Shown here: positions 8,028 to 16,684 of the stretch, in pieces | How the letters are laid out: the number at the start of each line of letters is the position of its first letter | Numbering within the stretch: position 1 is the first letter of the stretch | Virus record (IMG/VR): IMGVR_UViG_3300032135_000028 | Span: 1-37,765 of that record | Direction: 5' to 3' (one strand) | Origin: a virus | Taxonomy: Duplodnaviria > Caudoviricetes | DNA length: 37,765 nt | Translations under genes and position numbers: made by a program | The notes under the pieces: model-generated | The model's database searches: none | What the model was told of the DNA's origin: nothing | The model's input: the letters and a program-made list of their open reading frames with translations, nothing else

Positions 8028-8339
8028 ATGTTGACTTATGGGCAAGCAGTCGAACTCGTGCGCGAAGATGTTGCGCCACGATGGGACGCGCACGGCTCGC
8101 TGTATGTCGCACCCAACGGCTTCGAGAGCGACAGCGAGTTCCTGGTGCCTGTGGGTGCCCGCGAATGGCTCGTCGGCAACGACGCGGCGTTCGCACTGAT
8201 CAGCGACACGGCTGTCTTCGTGAACAAGCAGACGGGTCTGATCATCACACGCAGTGTGCACGAGCATCTTGATCTGATCGACTCGATGCGTGCTGTCGAT
8301 GTCTCGCAGATCGACGTGGACGCGCCAGTTCCCGAGTAG
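8028..8339 (+). CDS. candidate immunity protein (Imm35/YrhB-like) for the MuF toxin domain
   Basis: 103-aa acidic ORF directly after the toxin-like C-terminus. MLTYGQAVELV start and VFVNKQTG motif resemble YrhB/Imm35-type proteins. Confidence 0.6.
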   Translation: MLTYGQAVELVREDVAPRWDAHGSLYVAPNGFESDSEFLVPVGAREWLVGNDAAFALISDTAVFVNKQTGLIITRSVHEHLDLIDSMRAVDVSQIDVDAPVPE

Positions 8340-8433
8340 CGCGCGACGCGCTGAACACGCTCGCGACGCTGTTCTCGCGCGTGTGGCAGACTGTTCTCGT
8401 CAGACCAACAACAGACGAGGGAGCACTGGCATC

Positions 8434-9225
8434 ATGCGCAAGACTCAATGGCTTCGAGCAGCGGGACTGCTCACGTTCGCGAACGAGGGCGGCGAAGGTG
8501 GCGGCGACGGTGGCGGCGACGACGCAGCGGCTGCAGCGGCTGCAGCATCAGCAGCGGGCACGCCTGCAGAACTCGCAGCACGAGCAGCGACGCAAAAGAC
8601 AGCCGACGATGCTGCTGCTGCAGCGAGCAAGGGCGACAAGGGCGGCGACGACTCGCCGTGGGCTGACCCCGACAAAGCGAAGCGCGAGATCGAACGACTG
8701 CGACGCGAGAACGGCGACGCACGCATCAACGCGAAGACAGCAGCGGCTGAAGAGGCACGCAAAGAGATGTTGGCAACGCTGACGAAGGCGCTCGACCCGA
8801 ACGCATCAGGCGACGAGCCGACCATCGAATCTCTGACGAGCCTGCTCGACGCTGCGAAGGGCGACGGCACATCTGCGAAGATCGAGTCGGCTGTCGTTCG
8901 TGAAGCCTGGGCGGCGGGCGTCGACCCGAAGCGCGTCGAGTATCTGCAGTTCGTACTGGGCAAGCGTGCAGACTTTAAGAGCGTCGACGCAGCATCTGCC
9001 GATCTCGGTGCTACCCTGAAGACCATGATCTCGGAAGAGATCGGGAACGACTCGTCACTGAAAGCGACAGGCGCGCAGCAGACGACGGGCGACTCGCAGT
9101 TCGGCGGGGCCGACAGCGGCACGAAGCAGTACACGCTGACAGAGTTCAAGGCGATGAGTATGCAACAGCGCCAGGAACTCTACCGCGCTAACCGAGCCGA
9201 ATACGATCGGCTCACGAACTCGTAA
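8434..9225 (+). CDS. capsid scaffolding protein
   Basis: Lies just before the major capsid gene; Gly/Ala/Asp-rich N-terminus and coiled coil EIERLRRENGDARINAK. Start placed at ATG 8434 after GAGGGAG. Confidence 0.85.
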   Translation: MRKTQWLRAAGLLTFANEGGEGGGDGGGDDAAAAAAAASAAGTPAELAARAATQKTADDAAAAASKGDKGGDDSPWADPDKAKREIERLRRENGDARINAKTAAAEEARKEMLATLTKALDPNASGDEPTIESLTSLLDAAKGDGTSAKIESAVVREAWAAGVDPKRVEYLQFVLGKRADFKSVDAASADLGATLKTMISEEIGNDSSLKATGAQQTTGDSQFGGADSGTKQYTLTEFKAMSMQQRQELYRANRAEYDRLTNS

Positions 9226-9237
9226 GAGAGGCACCCA

Positions 9238-10110
9238 ATGGCTACCACAGCATCTGATCTGATCGTTCCCGAGGTTTGGGGCGACGCGATCATGGAAGAC
9301 GTGCTCGGCAAGAGCGTCATGCTCCCGCTCGCAGTACAAGATGACCAACTCGTCGGCACCCCCGGCGACAGTGTCGACATGCCCTTCTGGGCGTACATCG
9401 GCGACGCCGACGACTTGACTGAGGCCGCTGCAATCGTGCCGACGTCGATGTCGATGACGTCTGACCGTGCGACGATCAAGGAGATCGGCAAGGGTGTCGA
9501 ACTGAGCGACAAGGCACTGCTCGTCGCTCTCGGCAACCCGAACGATCAGGCGCGCGTGCAGTTGGCGCTCTCGATCTCGCGCAAGGTCGACGTCGATCTC
9601 ATGGCTGCGGCTATCGCGACGTACACGAACACTGGCGTGACTGACCCGTACAAGACGACCGCACCGCTCGCCTTCGACGGCAGTCTTGCGATTCTGTCGT
9701 GGGCTGCGTTCGTCGACGGCACGACTGCGATGGGTGACGACTACGACCCGAACGAGATGGGCGCATTCATCATCCACTCGAAGCAGCGTGGCGACATCAT
9801 GAAGGACGCCACGTTCACCGACGTCTCGAAGTACGGCAGCGACGCTGTCACCCTTCGTGGCGAGATCGGGCGCATCGGCAACGTGCCCGTGCTCGTGTCT
9901 GACCGCGTGAATGTGATCGACAACGCGGGCACGCCCAACTACCAGTCGCTGATCATCGCGAAGGGTGCGCTCGCGCTGAAGTACAAGCGTCGCGCAGTCG
10001 TCGAGACTGATCGTGACATCTTGGCACGTACGAACGTGATCACCACGAACGCTCACTACGCAGCGAAGCGTTCGAACGATCGCGGCGTCGTGCTGCTTAC
10101 CACGCAGTAA
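9238..10110 (+). CDS. major capsid protein (HK97 fold, N4-gp56-like family)
   Basis: DLIVPEVW, LVGTPGDSVDMPFWAYIGDA, GEIGRIGNV, VETDRDILARTNVIT. SD GAGAGG. Confidence 0.93.
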   Translation: MATTASDLIVPEVWGDAIMEDVLGKSVMLPLAVQDDQLVGTPGDSVDMPFWAYIGDADDLTEAAAIVPTSMSMTSDRATIKEIGKGVELSDKALLVALGNPNDQARVQLALSISRKVDVDLMAAAIATYTNTGVTDPYKTTAPLAFDGSLAILSWAAFVDGTTAMGDDYDPNEMGAFIIHSKQRGDIMKDATFTDVSKYGSDAVTLRGEIGRIGNVPVLVSDRVNVIDNAGTPNYQSLIIAKGALALKYKRRAVVETDRDILARTNVITTNAHYAAKRSNDRGVVLLTTQ

Positions 10111-10122
10111 GAGAGGCACGTC

Positions 10123-10422
10123 ATGGGATTGACATCGTTCAATCGCCAGCGACGGGCGCTCGCGGCAGCATCTGAGGGTGCTGTCGTGGGGCGTCCCGCG
10201 AAGGGCGACAATAAGCGGGTGTGGGCAGAGTTTGCGGCCACGCTCGACATCGTGGTCGAGGGCATGACGAAGCCTGAGATCGTCGCTGCAGTCGAAGACG
10301 CCGAGAACGAAGAGATCGAGAGCGACGGCGAAGAGACTGAAGACGAAGAGACCGACGGCGAAGAGACTGAAGACGAAGAGACTGAAGACGACACCGAGAC
10401 AGACGACGCTGACGCGTCTTGA
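10123..10422 (+). CDS. small capsid-associated protein with acidic repeat tail
   Basis: Same AAGAGAGGCAC upstream sequence as the capsid gene; HeH-like WAEFAATLDIVVEGMTKPEIVAAV; EDEET repeats. Confidence 0.75.
   Translation: MGLTSFNRQRRALAAASEGAVVGRPAKGDNKRVWAEFAATLDIVVEGMTKPEIVAAVEDAENEEIESDGEETEDEETDGEETEDEETEDDTETDDADAS
10323..10390 (+). repeat. 30-bp tandem duplication plus partial copy encoding DGEETEDEET
   Basis: cgacggcgaagagactgaagacgaagagac occurs twice in tandem, then a partial copy. Confidence 0.85.
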
Positions 10423-10425
10423 TCT

Positions 10426-10576
10426 CATGACTCGGCTTCGCGTCAACGTCGCATCTCTATCGCGAGCAATTTCTGCGACGAAGGCGAATCAGGGGCGTGC
10501 CGTGGCGGGAAACGCTGGCGGCGATAGTGCCGACTCCCACGTCCCGCACACTTCGACCTGCGCGAGCCGAGTCATG
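10426..10576 (+). ncRNA. candidate structured RNA (multi-stem, closed by a 12-bp inverted repeat)
   Basis: CATGACTCGGCT (10426-37) pairs with AGCCGAGTCATG (10565-76). Internal stems 10447-53/10474-80 and 10492-99/10538-45. Confidence 0.5.
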
Positions 10577-10593
10577 TCGAGAGAGAGAACATC

Positions 10594-11019
10594 ATGAGCA
10601 CGATCTATGCAGACGCTGTCGACCTGGCGGCATACACAGGTGAGACTGCACCGACGAACGCTGTCGTGCTGCTGAGACGTGCATCGTCGCTCGTCACACA
10701 GGCGATCAGAGCGACACTGTACGACGTCGACGCAGCGACTGGTCTGCCGACTGATGTCGACGTGATCGCAACTGTGAAAGAGGCGACATGCGCACAGGCG
10801 TCTGCTTGGGCGGCGAACAATGTGAACCCGCTTGCGGGGCGTGCTGGCGTCGCGAAGGACATCGCATCGAAGAGTGGTGGCGGCGTGACTGTGCAGTACG
10901 CGTCATACGCGGACGATGCGAAGGCTCGCTCTGATCTTGCAAGCGGCGACGTGCTCATCGCTGAAGCGCTGCGTGTGCTCGACGCAGGTGGCATGCTCTC
11001 GACGCGTGTGCAGGGCTGA
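10594..11019 (+). CDS. head-to-tail adaptor
   Basis: Position; YA...LLRRASSLV...VKEATCAQA...ALRVL pattern of gp6/gp15-like adaptors. Confidence 0.8.
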   Translation: MSTIYADAVDLAAYTGETAPTNAVVLLRRASSLVTQAIRATLYDVDAATGLPTDVDVIATVKEATCAQASAWAANNVNPLAGRAGVAKDIASKSGGGVTVQYASYADDAKARSDLASGDVLIAEALRVLDAGGMLSTRVQG

Positions 11020-11021
11020 TC

Positions 11022-11360
11022 GTGAGCGACTTCGTCGAAGTGTTCGGCGACTGGCTCGTCGACGGCACCTCTATTGAGACACTGACGAGCACAGTCGGCA
11101 TCGAGGGTCGCACGTTCGCGGCTGCTGTCGCTGCTGACGGGTTGATGATCGAGATGAAGCGTCGAATGGTGCGCGGCCCTGACGGCGTCGAAGTGCTGAG
11201 CGAGCGCACACTGTACGTGCCTGCAGCGCACGTCGCACATGCGTCGTTCACAGTTGGGTCACGTGTCACGTTCGCAGACGGGGCACAGTCGCACGTGCTC
11301 GCACTGCAAGACTTCGCCGCGTATGGCGTCGTCGATCATCTCGTGGTGGCGTGCGAATGA
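11022..11360 (+). CDS. head-to-tail stopper/closure protein
   Basis: Position; beta-rich with RRMVRGPDGVEVLS and FTVGSRVT. Confidence 0.7.
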   Translation: MSDFVEVFGDWLVDGTSIETLTSTVGIEGRTFAAAVAADGLMIEMKRRMVRGPDGVEVLSERTLYVPAAHVAHASFTVGSRVTFADGAQSHVLALQDFAAYGVVDHLVVACE

Positions 11361-11725
11361 GCAGCGGCGGGAATCTCGTCTTCAAGGGGCTCGGCGAAGC
11401 GTCGTCGCGTGTCAAGACACAGATGCACGATGCGTCGCGCAGATCGCTGCTGGTAGCGGCTGAGCATGCGCTGGGCGTGTCGAACACAATGGTCCCGCAC
11501 GAAGAGGGCGATCTGCAGCGCTCAGGCAGTGCGTCAGTCGACGAGAGCAAGCCGATCGCGGCTGTCTCGTACGACACCGACTATGCCGTGAAGCAGCACG
11601 AAGATGAGTCGTTGCATCATGACGGCGGACGACAGGCTAAGTTCTTGGAGACAGCGCTCGCACAAGAGCGCGACACGATCATGCAGATTCTGAAGAAAAA
11701 GATCAAAGACGAGACGGGCATCTGA
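11357..11725 (+). CDS. neck/tail completion protein (HK97 gp10-like)
   Basis: VPHEEGDLQRSG, YDTDYAVKQHE, QAKFLETAL motifs; ATGA coupling. Confidence 0.8.
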   Translation: MSSGGNLVFKGLGEASSRVKTQMHDASRRSLLVAAEHALGVSNTMVPHEEGDLQRSGSASVDESKPIAAVSYDTDYAVKQHEDESLHHDGGRQAKFLETALAQERDTIMQILKKKIKDETGI

Positions 11726-12156
11726 TGAATAACTGGCTGACGCGACTGCGATATGGGGTGGCGCGCGCGAGCGCGAGCGAGAGCAGTGGACTGCTGAAGT
11801 TCGTCGAACCCGGCGCGGCGACTATCGCGGGCACGATCGACATCGTGGGTCTCGTGATGCCTGAAGCGCCCGACGAGATCGTCGCACTGAACTGTGTCGT
11901 CGCTGTCGAAGACGTCGAGACAATCGTGCGCGTCACGTTCAGATTCCGGGCTGCGACTGAAGCGCGTCTCGACTTGATCGGCGACACGCTCGACAACTCA
12001 TGGGTGAAACGTGACGCTGGTATGCTCGGAGACGTTGAACTGATCATGTCGCAGTGGTCGTCAGGTGCGTCACTCGGACAGGACGGGTCGAAGCGTCTCG
12101 TGCGTTCGGCCAATTACAACCTCACGGTTGCGAGACCGCTGAGGAACCGTTACTGA
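11725..12156 (+). CDS. tail terminator/minor capsid-like protein
   Basis: Lies before the major tail gene; MPEAPDEIVAL and SLGQDGSKRLVRSANY. Confidence 0.7.
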   Translation: MNNWLTRLRYGVARASASESSGLLKFVEPGAATIAGTIDIVGLVMPEAPDEIVALNCVVAVEDVETIVRVTFRFRAATEARLDLIGDTLDNSWVKRDAGMLGDVELIMSQWSSGASLGQDGSKRLVRSANYNLTVARPLRNRY

Positions 12157-12169
12157 AAGCAGGGACATC

Positions 12170-12670
12170 ATGCCAGCAACTACGAAGGTCGCACTCGGCC
12201 CGACCACGAACAACCGCAAGTGGTATCTCGACATTCAAACAGGCACCGAGGCGCTCCCCGTCTTCGCGGGCGTTTTCGGCATTCAAGAGTTCAAGCACAC
12301 CGTCGACACGGGCACACAGGACGACAGCGACTTCGACAGCGAAGGCTGGAAGTCTGAAGTCGCGACGTCGAACGCGTTCAAGATCGAACTGAAGGTCAAG
12401 CGTGCGAGGCAAGACGGTGTCACGCCTGCTGTGTACGACGTCGGTCAAGAGATTCTGCGCAACGCTGGCGCGACCACGGGCGAAGCGAACATCGTCGTCG
12501 TGCAGTGGTACGAGATGGAGCCGGGCGGGCCTCGTGTCGAAGCATATGAGGGCACTGTCGCTGTGCAGTACAGCGAAGACGGCGGCGCGATGGATGCGCT
12601 GTCGACTGCGACGATCACACTGATCGGGCGGGGCAAGCGTCGGGACATCACGCACCCGGACGCGCTCTAA
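12170..12670 (+). CDS. major tail (tube) protein
   Basis: Position; DDSDFDSEGWKSE, DVGQEILR, ATITLIGRG. Confidence 0.85.
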   Translation: MPATTKVALGPTTNNRKWYLDIQTGTEALPVFAGVFGIQEFKHTVDTGTQDDSDFDSEGWKSEVATSNAFKIELKVKRARQDGVTPAVYDVGQEILRNAGATTGEANIVVVQWYEMEPGGPRVEAYEGTVAVQYSEDGGAMDALSTATITLIGRGKRRDITHPDAL

Positions 12671-12683
12671 CTCGAACACGATG

Positions 12684-12735
12684 AACGACGGCGTCGCACG
12701 ACTTTCCCCCCGGTGGGTTGTGCGGCGTCGTCGTT
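12684..12735 (+). terminator. long hairpin after the major tail gene (terminator/attenuator or processing site)
   Basis: AACGACGGCGTCGCACGAC pairs with GTTGTGCGGCGTCGTCGTT, 19 bp including G-U pairs that only work on the + transcript. Confidence 0.65.
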
Positions 12736-12759
12736 TCCAACACACACTGGGAGGACAGA

Positions 12760-13272
12760 ATGACCACGAATGATCTGTCGACGATGCTCGACTTCATGGA
12801 CGACGAGGACGGCTTCAAGTCGCCGCTGATGCCCTCGACGAAGTATCCCGAAGGCAAGTCGTATGCGATCAAGTCGCCCGACGCGAAGACTGGTTTGCGA
12901 CTGAGTGCGATCAGCGACATCACGATGAAGCAGGCACGCGGCATCGAGATCGCTGAACTCGACATCAAGCGGCTGCGCATCGAAGACGAAGACGAGCGCG
13001 AGTTCATCGAGCAAGTGCTGAGTCCCGCTGTCGTCGCAGAGATGATCGACGACGGCTGTCGTTGGGAGCACGTCAAGCGTCTCGGACTTTATGCGTTCGT
13101 GTTCTTTGGTGTCTCGCGTGAGGCTGCTGACGATGCGGTGAAGCGTGGGCTGTTCAAGGGAAAAGGTCTGATGCCGCCGAAGAACAGGGCGGCACGACGG
13201 TCGAGTTCGACAAAGGCGAAGTCAACGACTTCGGACTCGGGCGCTTCGAGCAAGACGAAGCGCAAGGACTGA
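12760..13272 (+). CDS. tail assembly chaperone (short, G-like form)
   Basis: Between major tail and tape measure; GGGAGG SD before ATG 12760. Confidence 0.85.
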   Translation: MTTNDLSTMLDFMDDEDGFKSPLMPSTKYPEGKSYAIKSPDAKTGLRLSAISDITMKQARGIEIAELDIKRLRIEDEDEREFIEQVLSPAVVAEMIDDGCRWEHVKRLGLYAFVFFGVSREAADDAVKRGLFKGKGLMPPKNRAARRSSSTKAKSTTSDSGASSKTKRKD

Positions 13273-13487
13273 GTGTTGGCGACATTCTGCAGCACTGGCA
13301 CTGGGTCGAACTCGATCTGCAAGAGGTCTTCAGCATCGACGTCGGCGATGACGCACTGTTGCGATCTCGCACGTGGCGCTGGATGACTGTCAGGCTGTTT
13401 GGGTTACTATCGACAGAGTGCAGGGTGCAGCGGGTACTGAACCCCACAGACGAGCAGAAAAAGGCGCGCGAGCGTCAGAGCGGCTAG
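13158..13487 (+). CDS. tail assembly chaperone -1 frameshift extension (GT-like form, 12760..13487)
   Basis: In-frame slippery heptamer G GGA AAA at 13158-13164. The -1 frame is open to TAG 13485-87 and encodes WHWVELDLQEVFSIDV...RTWRWMTVRLFGLLS. Confidence 0.88.
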   Translation, partial: GKRSDAAEEQGGTTVEFDKGEVNDFGLGRFEQDEAQGLSVGDILQHWHWVELDLQEVFSIDVGDDALLRSRTWRWMTVRLFGLLSTECRVQRVLNPTDEQKKARERQSG

Positions 13488-13502
13488 TGGGAAGGCGAGC
13501 AC

Positions 13503-15818
13503 GTGGCTCTCGATCTTGGTGAACTTACCGCGTATCTGAAACTCGATGACACGGGCTTCGACTCGACTGTCGACAAGATGCCCGAGAAGATGAAGGGCAA
13601 GGCTGCCGCGTTCGGCATCGCTGGCGCTGTCATCGGTGGCGCGCTCATGGCTGCGATCATCGGCGGCGTCAACGACTCGATGGACTTCGAGCAGACGAAC
13701 GCGAACATTGCAGCGCAGATGGGGTTGAGTGAGACTGAGTCTGCACGTGTCGGCAAGATCGCTGGGCAAGCGTATGTGGACAACTATGGCGAGAGCGTCG
13801 AGCAAGTTCAGGGCGTCGTCGGCGGGTTGGTGTCTCAGATTGAAGGCATGGGCACAGCGAGCGACAGCACTGTCGAGGGCATGACTGCGAAGGTGCTGGC
13901 GTATTCGAGTGCGTTCGATGTTGATGCGAGCGAAGCGATCAACGGTGTTAGCCAACTCATGAATAGTGGGCTGGCCGACAGCAGCGAGCAGGCGATCGAC
14001 TTGATGACGAGCGCGATGCAGAAGGTCCCTGAAGCGTTGCGTGGTGATCTGACTGACGCGATCACAGAGTACGGCCCGCACCTTGCAAGCATGGGTTACA
14101 CGGGCGAGGAAGCGTTCAGCATGCTCGTCGCTGCTGCTGAGGGTGGCTCGTACGGCATCGACAAGACCGGCGACGCGATGGCAGAACTCTCGAAACGCGC
14201 GATCGACATGAGCGCAGGCAGCGTCGAAGCGTACGACACGATCGGGCTGGGCGCCGAAGACATGGCAGCGAAGATGGCTCTCGGCGGTGCTGACGCACGT
14301 GAAGCGACTGATCAGATCGTCGCGGGCTTGCAGGGCATCGAAGACCCGACTGAGAAGGCGAACACTGCGATCGCACTGTTCGGCACACCGCTCGAAGACT
14401 TGGGTGTCGCGAAGATTCCCGCGTTCCTTGACTCGTTGAGCGGGCTCGAAGGCGGCATGGACGACAGTGCGGGCGCGACTAAGGGCATGATGGAGACGAT
14501 GGGCGGCACGAGCGCGAAGAGCATGCAGCAGTTCCAGCGGCAGATCGACATGATCTTCAAAGCGATCGGCGAGAATCTGCTCCCGATTCTGACGACGATG
14601 TTCACGTATCTCTCAGAGAATCCTGCTGTGCTGCAGATCATGATCGGCGTGCTCGGGTTCCTCGCGCTCGCGTTCATGGGTGTCTCGATTGCGACGTGGG
14701 CGATGAACACTGCACTGCTGGCTAATCCGATCACGTGGATTGTTATCGGCATCGTTGCGCTCATCGCTGCGATCGTGCTGCTGATCGCGAACTGGGATGC
14801 TGTTGTCGTGTGGCTGAAAGATGTCTGGGATGCGACTGTTTCGTGGCTGAAAGACATGCTCAGCGGTCTCGCTGAGTGGTGGGCGGGCATCTGGAACAGC
14901 ATCAGCGAGTTCTTCAAGAACCTCTGGAACGGCATAGTCGACTGGTTCACAACGACGCTGAACAGCCTCGGCGAGTTCTTCACTGATCTGTGGGACGGCA
15001 TCTCTGAGACGTTCTCGAACACGCTGAACAGCATCAGCACGTTCTTCAAGAATCTCTGGCAAGGCGTCGTCGACTGGTTCAAGACTCTGTTCAACGGGTA
15101 CGTGTCGTTCATCATGGGCGTCGTGAACACGTTGCAGACGTGGTGGAACAACATCTGGGGAGCGATCTCGGACACGTTCAAGGCTGTCTGGGACACGCTC
15201 ATCTCGTGGGCGCGCGATCTGTTCAACGGGTTCGAGACGTTCTGGCGGGGGCTCTGGGACGGCATCTCGACGTTCTTCACGGACATCTGGGAGAACGTCA
15301 GCACGAGCGTCTCTGATACGTGGGAAGGCATGCTCGATTTCTTCGAGGGAATCCCCGATACGATCATGGGATTCTTCAGCGACGTTGGCTCGTGGCTGTA
15401 CGACACGGGACGCGATCTCGTGCAGGGCATGATCGACGGCGTCTCGTCGATCGCAGGCAAAATCGGCACGTTCTTCCTCGATCTGGTGCCCGGCTGGATC
15501 AGGGGTCCGTTCGAGAGTGCGCTCGGCATCAACTCGCCGTCGAAGGTGTTTGCCGAGTACGGCTCGAACACTGTCGCGGGCTATCTCGAAGGCATCGACG
15601 GCATGAAGTCGACACTGAACAAGAGCATGAGCGATCTTGTGAACCCGGCAGAGTTCAACGCGGCAGTGAACTTCAGCGGCAGCAGCGGCGCGCTCCCGAC
15701 GACGGCTGACAACTCGCAGCGCTCGTTCGCGTATCACGCAGCAGAGAACCGATCGCTCAGCGCTGAAGAGGACCTCTTCGCTGCGCTGTCGTCACCACGA
15801 GCAGGAGGGGGCCGCTAA
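13503..15818 (+). CDS. tape measure protein
   Basis: 771 aa, Ala/Gly-rich helical, LLANPITWIV segment, W/F periodic repeats, LGINSPSKVF. Confidence 0.95.
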   Translation: MALDLGELTAYLKLDDTGFDSTVDKMPEKMKGKAAAFGIAGAVIGGALMAAIIGGVNDSMDFEQTNANIAAQMGLSETESARVGKIAGQAYVDNYGESVEQVQGVVGGLVSQIEGMGTASDSTVEGMTAKVLAYSSAFDVDASEAINGVSQLMNSGLADSSEQAIDLMTSAMQKVPEALRGDLTDAITEYGPHLASMGYTGEEAFSMLVAAAEGGSYGIDKTGDAMAELSKRAIDMSAGSVEAYDTIGLGAEDMAAKMALGGADAREATDQIVAGLQGIEDPTEKANTAIALFGTPLEDLGVAKIPAFLDSLSGLEGGMDDSAGATKGMMETMGGTSAKSMQQFQRQIDMIFKAIGENLLPILTTMFTYLSENPAVLQIMIGVLGFLALAFMGVSIATWAMNTALLANPITWIVIGIVALIAAIVLLIANWDAVVVWLKDVWDATVSWLKDMLSGLAEWWAGIWNSISEFFKNLWNGIVDWFTTTLNSLGEFFTDLWDGISETFSNTLNSISTFFKNLWQGVVDWFKTLFNGYVSFIMGVVNTLQTWWNNIWGAISDTFKAVWDTLISWARDLFNGFETFWRGLWDGISTFFTDIWENVSTSVSDTWEGMLDFFEGIPDTIMGFFSDVGSWLYDTGRDLVQGMIDGVSSIAGKIGTFFLDLVPGWIRGPFESALGINSPSKVFAEYGSNTVAGYLEGIDGMKSTLNKSMSDLVNPAEFNAAVNFSGSSGALPTTADNSQRSFAYHAAENRSLSAEEDLFAALSSPRAGGGR

Positions 15819-16684
15819 TGGCTCGCGCAGTCACGATCTCATCGAGCGCTGGCACACTGAACTTTGGTGCAGAGTCTGGTGTGCGAGCGCGAGCACAGAT
15901 GCGCGGCACAGGGTTGCCACCCGTCAACTTGCAGTGGTTCGAGGGTGCCGGGGACGGCGCACAAGCGCGTGGTGCACGTGTGCTGACACGAACGATCGAC
16001 TTGCCTGTGAAGATCACAGGGGCAGATCGTCAGAGCGTCTGGGAGCGTTTTTCGTTGCTCGCGCAGATCATCGCACCGACTGTTGACGATGTGCGTCTGA
16101 CGATCACGCTCGACGGTGTCGACTGGTACACGATCGTCAGGCGCAGTGGTGGCGGCGACCCGTCGTGGGATGAAGACACAGACGGCAGCACTGTGCTGCT
16201 CACGACGATCACGTTCGAGGCGGGGGACCCGTACTGGCAGCGTGCTGATCAGGAGTCGAAGATCATCACGCCAGCGGGTCTTGGGCGCGGGCTGCTCGGC
16301 GGCGTCGGCGCTCTGAGCGGGCTCGAAGTGTCGTCGACGACTGCTCTCGGCACTGTGAACTTCACGAACACGGGCGACGTCGACGCATATCCGATGTGGC
16401 TGATCGAGGGGCCGTTCACGGGCTTCACGCTGACGTCGCCTGACGGGAAGATTCTGCAGTACGTCGGCACGAAGTTGTTGGGCGACTCGATCACGATCGA
16501 CACTGCGCTCGGCACGATCGTCAACGAGACAAGCGGCAACGAGTACAGCGGGCTGCAACCCGCGCCAAGATTCTGGACGATTCCGAAGGGCGACAGCGTC
16601 GCGACTGTCGAACTACTCGACGCCGTCGGCAGCGAGTCGTCTGTCGCTGTGTACTGGCGTCCCCGTAAGTGGGTGCTGTTCTAA
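15818..16684 (+). CDS. distal tail protein (Dit-like minor tail)
   Basis: Follows tape measure; FEAGDPYW and NTGDVDAYP motifs. Confidence 0.85.
   Translation: MARAVTISSSAGTLNFGAESGVRARAQMRGTGLPPVNLQWFEGAGDGAQARGARVLTRTIDLPVKITGADRQSVWERFSLLAQIIAPTVDDVRLTITLDGVDWYTIVRRSGGGDPSWDEDTDGSTVLLTTITFEAGDPYWQRADQESKIITPAGLGRGLLGGVGALSGLEVSSTTALGTVNFTNTGDVDAYPMWLIEGPFTGFTLTSPDGKILQYVGTKLLGDSITIDTALGTIVNETSGNEYSGLQPAPRFWTIPKGDSVATVELLDAVGSESSVAVYWRPRKWVLF

Noticed and set aside
6739-8196. 485-aa minus-strand ORF opposite the MuF C-terminus
   Set aside because: Arg/Val/Leu-rich shadow translation with no domain motif or clear SD. Long antisense ORFs are expected at this GC content, unlike 5884..6633, which has motifs and an SD.
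9055-10446. 463-aa minus-strand ORF opposite the capsid gene
   Set aside because: Codon-aligned shadow of a strongly biased gene; no recognisable domain.
14312-15737. Two long minus-strand ORFs opposite the tape measure gene
   Set aside because: They mirror the tape-measure repeats and show no independent coding signal.
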